A stretch of 63,722 bases of DNA, counting the filler, from Folioceros fuciformis (taxonomy: Eukaryota), in NCBI GenBank assembly GCA_049999805.1. It is 11 parts of 11 records of this genome, joined end to end, with 100 filler letters (N's around TTAATTAATTAA, not from the genome) between each part and the next. Parts side by side here need not be neighbours in the genome. Positions count along the whole stretch, not along the records: positions 17,027 to 26,014 come from JBNGIO010001152.1; positions 26,115 to 27,624 come from JBNGIO010001153.1; positions 27,725 to 30,333 come from JBNGIO010001154.1; positions 30,434 to 34,191 come from JBNGIO010001155.1; positions 34,292 to 46,018 come from JBNGIO010001156.1; 6 more parts are not named here. One strand, given 5' to 3'. Positions 25,250 to 38,691 of the stretch are shown piece by piece. Made by a program: the position numbers and the translations under genes. Within the stretch, counting starts at the first letter, position 1. Every line of letters starts with the position of its first letter. A model generated the notes under the pieces. That model was not told the DNA's origin. It was given only the letters and a program-made list of their open reading frames with translations, and ran no database searches.

Positions 25250-26014
25250 CTTTTTATTATTGAAAAAGAGATAGAAAATTCCATCTACTCCAAAGATTGA
25301 AGAACCACCCGAGCAGGGCCAAAGACCCTTACCACCCAAGTAAGGCCAAAGATCAAAAGAGTGCTAGCTCCTTCGAACATAGTTCTCAAAAACTACCTAT
25401 TGCTCCCAAAATGTCATGATGCGGAAGAAGCCGCTTGACCTGTGCTTGTTGTTGTTCTAAAAACCATGTTGGTCAATGCTCTTTGCGAAGCAATGGATAC
25501 TGGCTGTCGAAAAAAGGCCACCGCAGAGGAAAGAGCGAGAAACCCATTCCTATTACTATGAAAAACCTTGGCGCACTCCTTGATGAACCTTGGAAAGTCC
25601 TTGCCCATGGCCCTATGAGTCTCAAGAGTAAGGGGATGAAAGCATGCTCGTCTTGCAAGAAAGAATACTTATGGACATTGGCACTTGCACAACCATCCAC
25701 CCCATCCAAGGGGGTTGATGATGACATACTCACAAGTCAAATTCTTAGTGCAATCCGTAACATCCGCATTAGCAACACAAACATGTTCCCCCCTAGCGAA
25801 AAAAAGGTCGGCTCTAAGTGAATCCCCGTTGCGCAAAGGATATGGATTCTCCCTATACGGAAGAAACCCACACTCTCTAACCATTGAGAACATGACATCT
25901 TGAACTACATCATGGGTCGGGAATGTGGTATTCCCCAATGGAACAATGTGCTAAATGGGTCCCTGTATCAACAATGGCAACTCTACAACTACATGTAGAG
26001 AGAAGTCTCATCGC
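25250..26014 (-). mobile_element. CRE-like non-LTR relic (CCHC, RLE and 3' UTR), cut by contig end
   Basis: THDVVQDVMFSM, LRADLFF, DVTD, HKYSFLQDEHAFIP. The 3' UTR (TCTTTGGAGTAGATGG...TCTCTTTTTCAATAATA) matches the one at about 50347-50390. Confidence 0.85.
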
Positions 26015-26114
26015 NNNNNNNNNNNNNNNNNNNNNNNNNNNNNNNNNNNNNNNNNNNNTTAATTAATTAANNNNNNNNNNNNNNNNNNNNNNNNNNNNNN
26101 NNNNNNNNNNNNNN
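26015..26114. other. Artificial contig spacer
   Basis: N44-TTAATTAATTAA-N44. Confidence 0.99.
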
Positions 26115-26541
26115 ACATGATGCCACTTGTCTGTCTCCTGCACCTCCTCCTTGCTGCGCTCTCCACTGATTTTCAGTACGTGCCCGTTCTCCACTTCCAC
26201 CTTCACCTCTTCCTTCTTGAGACCTACACGAATTGAAGTCACGGCCATGTCAGAAACTCTGCCTATCTCCACCACACTTCCAACCACTCCCGATGTAAGG
26301 AGTTCGCTCTTGTCAAGAAGGAGAACGTACCAGGCAAATCTGCTCTGAAGACGTGAGCCGTTGGTGTTTCCTTCCAATCAACCTTAGTGCTGGCTACTGC
26401 ACTTGCATCCCTCGCCAAAGAACGAGCAGGAGTCCGCTCGGCCAGTCCAAAGCTTTCGAAAGGATCCCACAGCCGGTGGAAAGCTAACGGATCCCATACA
26501 TCGTCATTGCCCAGGCGTGAGAAGAAAGGAGCAAGCGCCAT
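26115..26541 (-). CDS. Cytosolic class I-like small heat shock protein (HSP20), 3' truncated; intron 26224-26330
   Basis: MALAPFF...WDPF...[53 protein letters not shown]. The intron is GT-AG. Confidence 0.92.
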
Positions 26542-26822
26542 CTACAACACACGCTTCACCGTATGACAAGCTTCCCGCACGATGTAGATCGTCGAAACCT
26601 TGCACACCACTTCTGCTGCCACGAAGTCGCCTTCTTCAACTGCCCACAATGTCGCCTTCCTCTCAGCTGCCACTGGGTCGCCTTCCTTCAAGCTGCCACT
26701 GGATCGACCACCTCAGCTGCCAATGGATCGTCTTCTTCAGCCTCTAGCGAGTACCCGATTGATTGAAGTCGTTCTGAGATGCCCTTGTTCCGCAATGCGC
26801 CATTTAAGAAGTCCCAGCACCA

Positions 26823-26878
26823 TGTTCAGGAACTCTCTAGCTGTAACGGTCGGACACTCTCGGCCTGCTTCTAGAAGC
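26823..26878. promoter_or_regulatory. Putative heat-shock elements upstream of the sHSP
   Basis: TTCAGGAA (26825-26832) and TTCTAGAA (26869-26876) fit the TTCnnGAA core, about 300 bp upstream of the sHSP ATG. Confidence 0.55.
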
Positions 26879-27624
26879 TGGATAGCTAGATTGCCGACAA
26901 AGGAGCTCGGCGGTCCGGTCACGAGGCTTCTTTACAAGAGTCCAGGTACATTGAATGCCTAAGTATGTATGTACTCACGTACATCCAAAAGGCTGATGCC
27001 TGTAGATCCCTTCTGAATTTTCTTACAAACGTGGGCATGGGATTCGACCCTTCTACTCCTGCTCTCGCATGTTCTTCTATATCAATTCGTTCTCCATTGC
27101 TATGAAGCATGACAACAAGGAACGGTTTTACTAGCAAATGTGCAATATATGTTATGTGTATATTGATTAGAAAAACAATTAGTTTTTTTTAAAGAGAAAT
27201 GGTTTATTCAGTAACTAATACTATTTCATTTCGAGGGAAAAAAGAGAATTTAAAATAATATGATATACACTTTACACGTTCGTAATTGATCTAAGCTCAT
27301 TTCAAGGAAGATGGGAAACGAGGATTCTTTATACTTTTAAGACTTGAATGAGTACTAGGAATGGAGAAACGAAAGCCCAAAGAATAATCCATTTTGTAAA
27401 CACAAATCTTCGCACAATACATACATTGAAATATCTCATTAATGATTTTCCCTAGCAATAGGTTTATATTTCTTTTACAAACTATGTTAGACCAAATATA
27501 GCTTAAAATCTAGCTACTAATCCACAATAAACTTTCTTCAAGAAGCTAATAATCCCAAAGTCACAAAGTTCCAATGGAATTGAATTTAAGTTTAAGACAT
27601 CCAACAACTTAAAGGCAAGCTAAG

Positions 27625-27724
27625 NNNNNNNNNNNNNNNNNNNNNNNNNNNNNNNNNNNNNNNNNNNNTTAATTAATTAANNNNNNNNNNNNNNNNNNNN
27701 NNNNNNNNNNNNNNNNNNNNNNNN
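27625..27724. other. Artificial contig spacer
   Basis: N44-TTAATTAATTAA-N44. Confidence 0.99.
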
Positions 27725-29486
27725 TCACTGCTAGTGATTTAGCAATAGTTATTTAACATGAATGAGTGCACACAATTTTACCTTTAAATAGAGGGGAGGG
27801 CAGTTAATAGAATATCGCACAAACTAGTGGAAAATGGTGAAACAAAGATTATCCTTGTCCCAACTTATTCAAAGTTTTCTTTACAGTATTATACAGTTGT
27901 TATAAAATATGTGAATGATATGGGGTATTTGAAGCAGGTGTTTCCAGAAGCAGGTGCAAGGAGAAGCAGAAGAAGAAGAAAGCGTGTGGGTCTACTGATA
28001 ACCCGGGAAAGGCAGGCGGAAAGAGACAAAGTTGGTTGCTAGTCGATAGTGCGACACGGCAAGTTCGATAGGCCAAAAGGCAGCGAGTCTACGTATATTC
28101 TACCAGGAGAGGCCCGGCGAGGAGGTGTGAGGCGAGATGTGAGGCAATTGCTATGTGTCTTTTGGTGATGGTAGAGCGCTTATAAGTATGTCCAAACTGT
28201 TTTCATGCAATGTAAGTTGCAGGGCAGGGCAAGGGGCGATGTGGATGTGGATGTGGATGTGGATGTGCCGGTTGTCGGCTTTCAACTGTTTGTGGGCAGA
28301 GCATCATTTTGTTGGCCATGTCGAGAAGTGTATGACACTGCGCTTTTCAGCTTTTGGTGTACAGGCTGCTAGCAGCCAGACGCCGGGGTTGCCGAGCTTT
28401 TTGTGAAACGCTGGCTGCTGCTGCTGCTGTTGCAGAGCAGAGCTCCCATGACTTCTGCGGGCAGAGCAAGCTTTTAAAGCTGTGAGATCTGCTCGGTGGA
28501 GGTTGGGGTGTTGAGTGGACATGTGATGCTCTGCTCCTGTACCGAGCCTTGATTTTTGGCTGAGTTGGTGCAGACGCGGTGTAGCAGTAGTCTTGGATGG
28601 TGTGTTTTGGTAGTTCGTACCAGCATTGTGCTTGACCACAACCCGGAAAAGGTTGTCCTGCAATTGACCGTGAGGAATCTGTCCGGAAATGGGCGTGGGA
28701 CCTCGTCTCGGAAATGCTATGCCCGAGGAGTGTCCCTTACTCTTACTCTATGTGGTGAAGCCGGTGGTTGTTATTCTGAAATTTTTGTGAGCTGAGGGGC
28801 TCTCCTCAGGTGCAGAATCCACATGTGTTTGGGCTCAGGATGACGCCACGGTTCCTGTTACCGGCCAGCCATAGCTTCTGCTACTGGCCAGCCTGCTGTT
28901 ACTGTTGCAGTTGCTGTTTCATAGGGGACTTGAAACAGTGTAATCACATCCTAGGGCCAATCATGCATGTTTTGTACTGCCAGACTGGTGTCCAGACTGC
29001 ATCTCCCAATGGAAGCACACCATGCCTTGTACGCAGGAGAGCTCGTGTGACACTCATGAGGCCACTTTGTGCAATTATATCTTGGAGCACTTTGTGTATT
29101 CGTTTCGTTCGTCAGGAATTTGCGCAAGGAAGCAGAAGTGGCAGGGCTCTCTCACAGAAGGAGGGCAAAGCCTGAACACCGTCCAGCCAAAAGTGTACCA
29201 CAATAAAAATTCGGCAACCAGGTCCACCCGAACACGTTGGGCCATGGAAACATTATCCTAGGGGCTCAGGGGTTTCGGGGCCTGTGACCCGTTAGAGAGG
29301 AACACATGGCCTCGGAGGTGCGCACCGCACTGCCCCTTTTGATAGCCGGCTGTTCTCTCGACATAGACGAGGAAGCAAAAGGAGCAAAGAGGGGTTGCCA
29401 GCTAGCCAGCCAGCCACAGATATCGGCCAAAAGAGAAGGACTTGAGAATACAGAGCCCTAGGTGGCTGGCACGGCAACGGATGTCT

Positions 29487-30333
29487 CTACGTAACAGCTA
29501 GCCGGTTGATCCGACTTCGCCTGTCGGCATCTTGCACTTGGCGCCCGGCGACCTCCGGCGACGTCATCTTCCGCTTAGGACAAGCCTGACCACTGGAACT
29601 GGGCTTGGGGAGGGAAAGCGCCCGGCCCCGGCTCCGGCTCCCGGTGATGAACCCTCGCAACTTCTTCACGTCTTCTAACTGCACAGGCTTGAGGATGAAG
29701 TCTTCAGCACCCTCCGCTTTGCAACTGCACACAGCCAGCGTCCAGGAAAGAGCCAGTCAGACCAACCCAACACGACCCAGCCGTAATGTTGGCTAATTTC
29801 CTTCCACCTTCACCAGGCAGACTGGACTTCTGGCTTCCTATTCCGTGAAAAAGCCAGAACGACACTCTGCTGTGCATATCAACTCAGCATCCGGGGGGGT
29901 GGAGGGGAGGAGACTTACTCCTCTATGCGAGACGAGACGTTCTCAGACGACATGATGACCACGGGAATTTCCTTGAGGGAAGACGTTTCCTGCAGCATTC
30001 CAACAATTCGCACACAAAATGAGGCACGAGATGAAAAGCGGAAGATGCAGCACTGGCGGGCGGAGAAGGATAGCGTCCCTCACCTTCACCCGCTTCAAAA
30101 GGTCGTATCCTGTCATTGCAGGCATACAGTAGTCGGTGATGATGAGATTGATCTCAAACGGCTGCACAAGAGCACACGGCAGAACACAGAGGCGTTTCCC
30201 GCCTGTCAGTCCCAAACACAGGCCAGGCGCCTCTGCAATCGCAGCCTGCCGAAACTACCCGTATCTTGATCCTTTTCGTACCTGAGTGGTGAGCGGCGAG
30301 CGCTCATCCGCCAAACCCAGAATTTCTAACGCC
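29487..30333 (-). CDS. Type-A cytokinin response regulator, 5' truncated, multi-exon
   Basis: ALEILGL|...[46 protein letters not shown]|..[19 protein letters not shown]. Receiver domain with phospho-Asp and no DNA-binding domain. Confidence 0.92.
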
Positions 30334-30433
30334 NNNNNNNNNNNNNNNNNNNNNNNNNNNNNNNNNNNNNNNNNNNNTTAATTAATTAANNNNNNNNNNN
30401 NNNNNNNNNNNNNNNNNNNNNNNNNNNNNNNNN
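30334..30433. other. Artificial contig spacer
   Basis: N44-TTAATTAATTAA-N44. Confidence 0.99.
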
Positions 30434-31717
30434 GGGAAGGGCTGGACCTCAGCATGAGGCTACGAGCCACGCCGGCCGAGGGGCTTGCCTGCAGGCCGTG
30501 TTTGGATTTGCTGCCGCTGCATCCGCTGGCCATGGCGGCTGCCAGAGGAGCGGGGACGCACTCCATCATCACCTCCACCAACAACCTTAACACCAGCAAC
30601 AACAACAACTCCTCCGCCAGCGGGACCGGCAGCGGTGGCATCGGGATCGACGTGAACCAGATCCCTTGCACCGCCGACTGCGACGACGCCGTGCTCTCCT
30701 CTCCTAACAGCATCAATGTGAAGCGGGAGAGGGAGCGCGTGCACGCGCATGATTTCGACCTGCTGGACGCGGACCGGGATCGGGCCGGGGTCTGCGACAT
30801 GAGCTCCCGCGGCAGTGACGAGGAGGAGGGCGGCGGAGCCACGCGCAAGAAGCTGCGACTCTCCAAGGACCAGTCCGCTTTGCTCGAGGAGAGCTTCAAA
30901 GAGCACTCCACTCTCAACCCGGTACGCCTCCTCTCCCAAGCCCTTCCTTACGCTTGTACAACAGTCGCTTCGTCCCCAGCCCTCGCCCTGGCCATGGCCA
31001 TGCTGCTCTCAACACCTTCCCCTGCTGCGTCATAACCATTGATTTCTCACTCACCCTGCGCCCCCCCTGTACCTTGCAACTTGGTGCAGAAGCAGAAGGC
31101 TGCCCTCGCCAAACAGCTCAATCTGAGACCTCGGCAGGTGGAAGTGTGGTTCCAAAACCGCAGAGCCAGGTGATGCACCGTCGCTTCTCGAGCCTCTTTT
31201 TTTTTTTTTTTTTTTGCTTCTCGTCTTGCTCTTTCTCGCAAATGCGCAGCAGTCTTTGTGTTTGGCTTACATACAATAGAGCCTTGTTTGTTTAGGTCAG
31301 GATCCTTTCGCATTCTATCCTGCGCTCGCCTTTGTGCCTTGTGTGTGTGTCCATGTTTTTGAGACTTGGTGGTTGGTTGGACTCCTCCTCCCCCCCCCTC
31401 CCCCCGGCGGGCCCTTCCAAATGTTGACACCTCTTCTTCCGAAATGCAGAACCAAGCTGAAGCAGACCGAAGTAGACTGCGAGCTACTCAAGCGCTACTG
31501 CGAGAACCTGTCGGAGGAGAACCGGCGGCTGCAGAAAGAGTTGCAGGAGCTGCGGGCCATCAAGGTTCCCCCGCCCTGTGTCATTGCGCACGACTTCTAC
31601 ATGCCTCTGCCGGCGGCCACGCTCACCATGTGTCCCTCCTGCGAGCGCCTTGCTACCGTGGACAACAGGTCCACTTTAGCCTTCTCCAAGTGCACCTACT
31701 CCTCTGCTGCCTGCTAG
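30434..31717 (+). CDS. Class II homeodomain-leucine zipper transcription factor, probably 5' truncated; 3 exons seen
   Basis: GIDVN motif, [64 protein letters not shown], leucine zipper and the diagnostic CPSCE. Confidence 0.95.
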
Positions 31718-33483
31718 GCTACTCCACTTCCTTCCTTCTTTCCTTCCCTCCTTCCTCCATTAGGACACTAGTCTAGGCTTAACTTGTAGGCAAGCTTGGC
31801 TGGGATGGCGGCTCATACGCGCCTACCTAGCCTTTGTATCATTAAATTCATGCAATTCTTTGTTGCCATGTCTTCTCATCTTCCTTCCCTCCCGTCGCAT
31901 CCATCTGTCGTGCCCTTTTTTCTTTAGGGGCTCTTCCCCTCACAGTGTCAACACTTGCTGTCCTTCGCTCCTCAACGCGATGAATGGAGTTGTTTATCCC
32001 TTGATAATACTTTTGAATAAATATCAAAGATCGGTGTCATCTGATCTGTATCTTGCTTGCTCTTGCAAGTGCGCTTACATTACACGAAGGCAGATCTTGT
32101 TTACGTGTTTCTGCGTGCATGTGCAAGGTATACAGGCTTCGGGCAGGGCTGGGCTGGGCAAGGCCAGGCAAGGCAAGGCAAGAGCCGTAAGAGCAATAAC
32201 AGAGCAACAAGACACAACGGCAGGCAGGCAGGCAAAGGTGTGTGCATCAGCCAATCATGGGTAGGCAGGCCTCATTTATTGTGGGCTACTAGGCGCGACG
32301 TGCGCACAAGCCTTTGTGTCCCCAACATAGCAATGCAGCATGTGCGCTCCTGCTCTTGGCTGCCGCTCCCCCCCAATCATGCCCGCCCCCATGGCCCATG
32401 CCTTGCCCGCTACGTATATCATACGACTTCACTCCGTATCCGGAAATAGGCCACACACAACATAACAAGCTGACTCACACACTGACTGCTGTCTGCCACC
32501 CAAATATACCACCAGCGCACCATTCCAAGTTCCGTTCCGCCCACTTGTGCTTTCCAGATTAACCGCCACCGCCATCCTTCCACACATGCCTCTTGCTAAT
32601 CATCGTCCTTTGCCCAAACTCTATACTTAGCCCAACCGGGACCCTCCTTGTACAGTGCCTGCGTCACCTTTTGTTGCAACTTGTCAACCGCCGCTTCTCA
32701 CCTTTTGTCTGCGCTTCCCCCGACACTGTCGCAAACAGCCCCTTTATATATATCATATGCCCACTATCACTTTCCGTTTTTCGCACCTTGCTTGACATCC
32801 CCTTGCAAGGCCTTACCTCCCCTTGCCTTGCTTCTCCTCGTGATCAAAGTACGTACATAAATATGTATGTGTCCTCCTTCACACACTCTACTTACGATTC
32901 ATGGATGGATATTTGGATGAATACTATATGCAAATACAGCCCATTAGCTTGTGCTCCTAGTAGCTCCTCCACTTATCTACCTTCAAGCTCCCTACCAATT
33001 CCTCTTATGTCTAAATTTTAAATGGGTGAAGGGGTGTCTAGGAGCTAAAAATGATGCCCCTTCTTTCCAAGTGCTCTAAACAGGATAGAGATTTGTGGAC
33101 AACCCTGCTCCCTTTGCTAGGTGATGCAACTAGGTTGCTTGAACAAAGCCACTGCACAAAAAGAAGATGGTAGTACCATACTCGGATCAAATTCAAGCAA
33201 GTCGGAGAGATATCCATTATTATTAAAAAAATTAGATGAATACAACCAAGCCTAGAGAAAAATCTACCAATATGACTTCTACTTGTTGCTCGCCTCTCCA
33301 TGTAGTCTACATTTTTGTTCTCAATCCTATATAGTTTTAAATCTATTTTAATAACTTAAAATATACATCATATTCTTCACTCTATCACACATATACCAAG
33401 TGGGGAGTTTTTGAAAAAAGTATTTGACTCGTCCACTTACTAGTGACTTGGATCATGATGTTGGAGGATGAGTATCTCTTTAG

Positions 33484-33670
33484 GGATGGAATAGAATGAG
33501 TGGTTTAGAGGCACATCATTGTCCTCAGCTCCTTCAAATAGGATGAAATCAGTTGTTTAGAGGCACATTATTATCCTCTGCTCCTTCCAATAGGATGGCC
33601 TGAAACGAGTGGTTTAGACACACCTCATTATGCTCGGGAACCAGCCATGTAGAGGCACATAATAGTCCTC
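33484..33670. repeat. Degenerate ~55-bp tandem repeat (3-4 units)
   Basis: Recurring GTTTAGAGGCACATxATTxTCCTC and CTCCTTCxAATAGGATG. Confidence 0.6.
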
Positions 33671-34191
33671 AACGTGGAGGGAGGTTGGCCCCACTTAGGA
33701 GAATGGTGTGTCTCTAGTTTAGAGCTTGAGATGCATATGGAAGTGTCCGTCCGAAAATAAGTATCGGAGTAGGCCTTCGATCGCACACAAGACCTGTTTT
33801 CATAGTAGGTGAAGTTCTTTTTCTTTTTTACATATATACCTGTTATTCCTGATGGACCTGGACCTTTCAAAGTAGAAAGCATGCCAGACTTCACTGGTCT
33901 TCAGACTAACAGTGAGGTCAGATCATACAAGATCGGGTACTTTAACATCATGCAAAACGATGGGCGTCATTGTCCCAAACAGTTGCAAGCATACCAGGGC
34001 GGTCAAGCGTAAGTTCTTACCCTAGCACATGTCCACCAATACGCTCCACCCTCTCTCCCCCTCTCTCCCGCCATCACTTCCATTCCTCATTCCGCCTTTT
34101 GCCTTCTCCTTTGCTCGCCGTTTCTCCCCCTCCATCTTCTAGCTTCTATGATTCCCCGCCCTTCCTCTCCATTCCAGCCCCTATTCTATTC

Positions 34192-34291
34192 NNNNNNNNN
34201 NNNNNNNNNNNNNNNNNNNNNNNNNNNNNNNNNNNTTAATTAATTAANNNNNNNNNNNNNNNNNNNNNNNNNNNNNNNNNNNNNNNNNNNN
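34192..34291. other. Artificial contig spacer
   Basis: N44-TTAATTAATTAA-N44. Confidence 0.99.
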
Positions 34292-37200
34292 GCCGCGCAG
34301 CTGCGAGAGCTCCCGCAATTGAAGCCCCTGGACCAGATGAGCACCGCGGAAGACAGCTCCGCGAACTACATGCGCGTCGTGGTGAGAGGTAAGGCATTCT
34401 GCTTTCCTCCCTGCCCCATTTCCTCGTTTCAATCACACTCAAATGGGGGGATTCGGAATCCCGCCAAATGTTCTTGCAAAAGCAGGCAAGGTCGTGCAAT
34501 TGATTGCCTTCGTTTTCCCGTTGCCGCAGCGCCGCGCCTGGCCGGGCTGGCACTCCGATTTTTCTGCTGGCTCCTGGAGACGAGGATTACGGCTTCCGTC
34601 TTGAAGCCTAAATTGAAGAGGGACAACCTCATTACCAAGGTACGCCCGTGCTTTCAATTGCTCTGCTGTTCCGGACACTCGCATTGGCAAGATTGAGGGG
34701 AATTCAACGTTCTGTAAAATTGTGGTGAAACCAGTTCCTCCAGGATTCGCGATACCAGGAGCCTCCCATGTACCTGCCGCAGTTTCCATCAGGTTTGAAC
34801 ACCGCCGTCCGCTTGTTTGAAATTTCTCGTTGTGAATCGTCCCGATAGTCCAGGATGTATCTTGGACTGAATGGCACTTTCAATGTACCGCATTGCATTG
34901 TATGCTATTGCAGCCGACCGAACCTTGGCCACACTCTCACAACTTTGTTGCTTGTTAGCGCAGACGCCGACCAGCATAGTGAGCCTGCGACGTTCCGAGT
35001 GGATCCAGCCTTGCTGCCTCCGGCCCGACTCGCCTTAGCTCAGCAGGCGCTTGCGGACTGCGCTGTTACACCACCGGAGAACTCATTTCGGTATTGGTCT
35101 ATCCGAGACTATGCACAGGCTTATACTGCTGGGACAGTTACACCCACTCAGGTGCATTTTGATTTCAACAGGATTGTCTGTCCATGATTTACGGATCCGC
35201 TCGTGTGTCAACCGTGCAAATTAAAAACCGGCTGTGTAGGTGGCCAAACGATTTCTTGCAGCTGTGGAGGAAACCATTCAGTGCTCTCCAGGCATGTGCA
35301 TATTCATCGACTGCCAAGCTGAGGACATCCTGCGACAGGCAGAAAAATCGACAACCCGTTATGAGAAAGGTGAGTCCAATCCTGATCCGGCTCTACCTGG
35401 AAAGTGTCGTGTCAACTATCAAAAACCGCCAAGAGACTGTGCCTGCAAGCGCTGTGATAAAATCGCAGATGGTCCGACAGGAATTGCTTCTTGCTCTGTT
35501 GAAAGCTCGTGGACTTGACAACGTACCATCGGCAGGTGACGGTGTCATTGATGTGTTCCTGGCTTGGTAGCCCTCAAGAGTTGTAAGTGTGGACCAAGGT
35601 GGATGATGTTTCTGTACCAGATGAGCTTCTGAAATGTCATCGACATGGAATGGATGTTTGATTCCTGAGTCAAGAGATGATAGCACGTATATGATGTGTA
35701 CGAATTCCTGAATTTACTTCGTGCCACAGCCAGAATAGTCGAAGTTTGTCCCCAAGCCTCGAACTGGACTGCCAGTAACAGCGTCCAAAGTGCTCACTAG
35801 TCTATCTCTAACGCTACGCTCTCCTTCAGGGGAGCCCCTGTCTCTCTTGGATGGAGTTCCCATAGCAGTGAAGGATGAAATTGATTGCCTACCCTATGCC
35901 ACGACCGGTACGTTCTCGAAGCCCATGCGTGAAGTTGTGGCGCTCACTCAGCAAGATTAGAGTTCCATACTGATTTTGGCTGTTTTATCAGGAGGTACCA
36001 AGTGGTTGCACAAGACTCGTGTCGTGACAGATGATGCTATTTGCGTCAAGCGATTGCGTCAGTGTGGTGCTATATTAGTCGGAAAAACTAACATGCACGA
36101 GCTGGGAATGGGAACCACGGGTATCAATCCACACTATGGGTATGAAACGTAGTGGACTGCCCTGCCCTGCTGCTAACTTGGTTGTAGCGTGAACAGTGAA
36201 TAATGGGGTGCTTTTCCATCAACTGTGAAACAGCTTCATAGGACATGAGGAACGTTGACTATAGACACACTGTCCTCCACCAGTTGCCCCTAACCTGTAC
36301 CTTGATGGCAGTGCTCCACGTAATCCATACGATCTGAAAAAGATCTCTGGAGGATCATCTGGGGGCTCTGCTGTTGCCGTAGCTGCTGGGCTGTGCCCTG
36401 CAGCTCTTGGCGTCGATGGCGGAGGTATACCTAGCATTCGAATAAGCCACTGCGTGCCAAAACATTTTGCAGCTGTTTGATGTCTGCGTGTGTTTCTTTG
36501 CTACCTTGCAGGATCTGTGCGCATGCCTGCTGGACTTTGCGGGGTCGTAGGATTAAAGGCGACTTTTGGGCGGACATCAAACTGCGGGTGAGTCTTTTTC
36601 CTGCTGGATGTGATCATTTGCTCCGACAATTGGCTCTGAATTCTGCAGAGTGTTGCCTGGCTCATGGACTGTCTTTTGCAGAGTTTTGCCCTTGAACTGG
36701 ACCGTTGGGATGGTAGGGACTTTGACAGCTACAGTTGAAGATGCACTTCTTATGTACGAGTCCATGTTTCATTCTTGATGATGCACTCCTGCAGCTAGAG
36801 TGTTTGTCTTATGGATCTCATGCTGACACTTGCAGGTATGCAGCACTACATGGACATATTGCACGTGATCGCATTGTCTCTATACCAGTATGCTCTGCTT
36901 CCTCGGTTGCCCTTCTTGCTGGCGGCAGAACAGGCTGCAATGCTCCGACGTATGTAAACCTCATTTTGGCTTCCAGTCCTGATTAGCTTACACCTGTTCC
37001 TTGTAATGCAGCCGCCTGCATACCTGCCGTTTCTCAAGGATACAGAAGCAGCAGAGATAAAAGCTCTTGTCGGTGAATTGAAAATTGCTAAATACACTGA
37101 GGTATGATGCATCGGTGGACGCTGTTTTATGAAGCAAGAAAGAGCCGACAGGCAAGTCTTGAATTTTCCTTGCTGTTCTAACCTCAGTTCTGATATGTGA

Positions 37201-38535
37201 ATGCAATTACTATACCCACAGTGGTTCGATGACTCAGATGATGGGGTCAAACATGCGTGCTACAGAGCCTTGGAGCTTCTGCAGCAAGCCTATGGTTGCA
37301 AAGTAAGTACCACGGTCAGAACCTGGTGGAGATGAAGCTTCGACTTCGTCGCATCTTGAACGTTTATGGCTCGTTGTATCCAGATAGTGCAAGGATGCCC
37401 ATATTGCTACCGCTGATGATAAATAGCGCTCCGCAGATGTTGGAGGTAACTGTGCCCGAGCTGGAAGAGATGAGACTTGCCCACTTCGTCACCATCGGCA
37501 GTGAATGCTCCACCTCAATCGGTATCGAATATGAACACTAGTACGTTATCATTCATTTATGGTTTGCAATGTTTTGCGTGAAGGTCAATCATGGCATCGG
37601 TTTTCTCACCTGACAGATGGATTGTTTTGAAATAGCGGGAAGGCTTTCTCAGGAGCAGACGTACGGGTCGGCTTCTCCATCTATGAAGCTTTTACCAGCC
37701 GCGAGTTGATAACATCACAGAAGATGAGGTGAGAGTGTACGTAGAACAGGGTTTCATTTCGCTCGCGGGATGCTGTTCACACCTTATACGACGTGTCGAT
37801 AACCCGTGTGTCAACAGTAACGCTTTGCGACTGCTTGGTCAGATTTAGGCAAATGCATTACCATTTGGAAATCTTTAAGAAAGCCCACGTCCTCGTCACA
37901 CCGACTACAGGGTACGCAGGTGTAAATTTGTACCAATGCTTTGTGTGCACTATATGGAGAGCTTACAGTCTTTTGTCTCCTCAGAGCAACAGCGCCAGTA
38001 CTAGCGTCCGATGCATTGAAGTGTGGAGAAATGAATTACATAACGGGAGGTATGATGTAGCTTGGTGCTCAGGAAGGCGCTGCAGTCTGTAGCTTGTGTT
38101 TGGCTATGTATGACAGCCCCTGTTTGCTTATGTGCACACAGCCAAACTGATGCGGTTTCAAATAGCTGGAAACTTTTTGGGCTTGCCTGCAATTTCGATC
38201 CCGGTAAGTGTGCAGAGGTACACTTTGAATCTGGTTGGGGTCTGTGAATAAGCACACAGTCCAAGTACGGGTTTGAAGGGCAAGTGGTGTTGTTGTAATG
38301 TAGGTGGGCTACGATGCATCGGGCATGCCAGTGGGGATTCAACTGATTGGCCGCCCTTGGTCCGAGGCAACGCTTCTGCGGCTTGGCGCTGCAATCGAGG
38401 TAATTGTCATGCACCCAACATTTGTATTGAGCGTACGCGTCTAGCAGGTAAGCTCACAGTAGACTCTTAATTTTGCAGACACTGTGCGCACCTTTCAGAA
38501 AGCAACCAGAAGTGTTTTACGATTTACTAGCTTGA
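34292..38535 (+). CDS. FAAH: Fatty acid amide hydrolase (amidase signature), many short exons, 5' truncated
   Basis: [98 protein letters not shown] and the end [10 protein letters not shown]. Confidence 0.93.
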
Positions 38536-38691
38536 ACACTTATCTCTGAGGGTACGTACACGTCTCAAGTTGGTGCTCTCAGAGAAGCGTACACACGCAA
38601 ACAAGGTTTCCATGTGGTACTACTGTTTTGTTCGCAGGCCCTCCAATCGACGAGGGTGTGCAAAAGCCACAATACAGAGATGTAGGTAGCT

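Noticed and set aside
24629-25300. 223-aa ORF downstream of GAD
   Set aside because: No recognisable domain, it starts at a non-ATG codon, and it runs into the 3' UTR of a retroelement relic.
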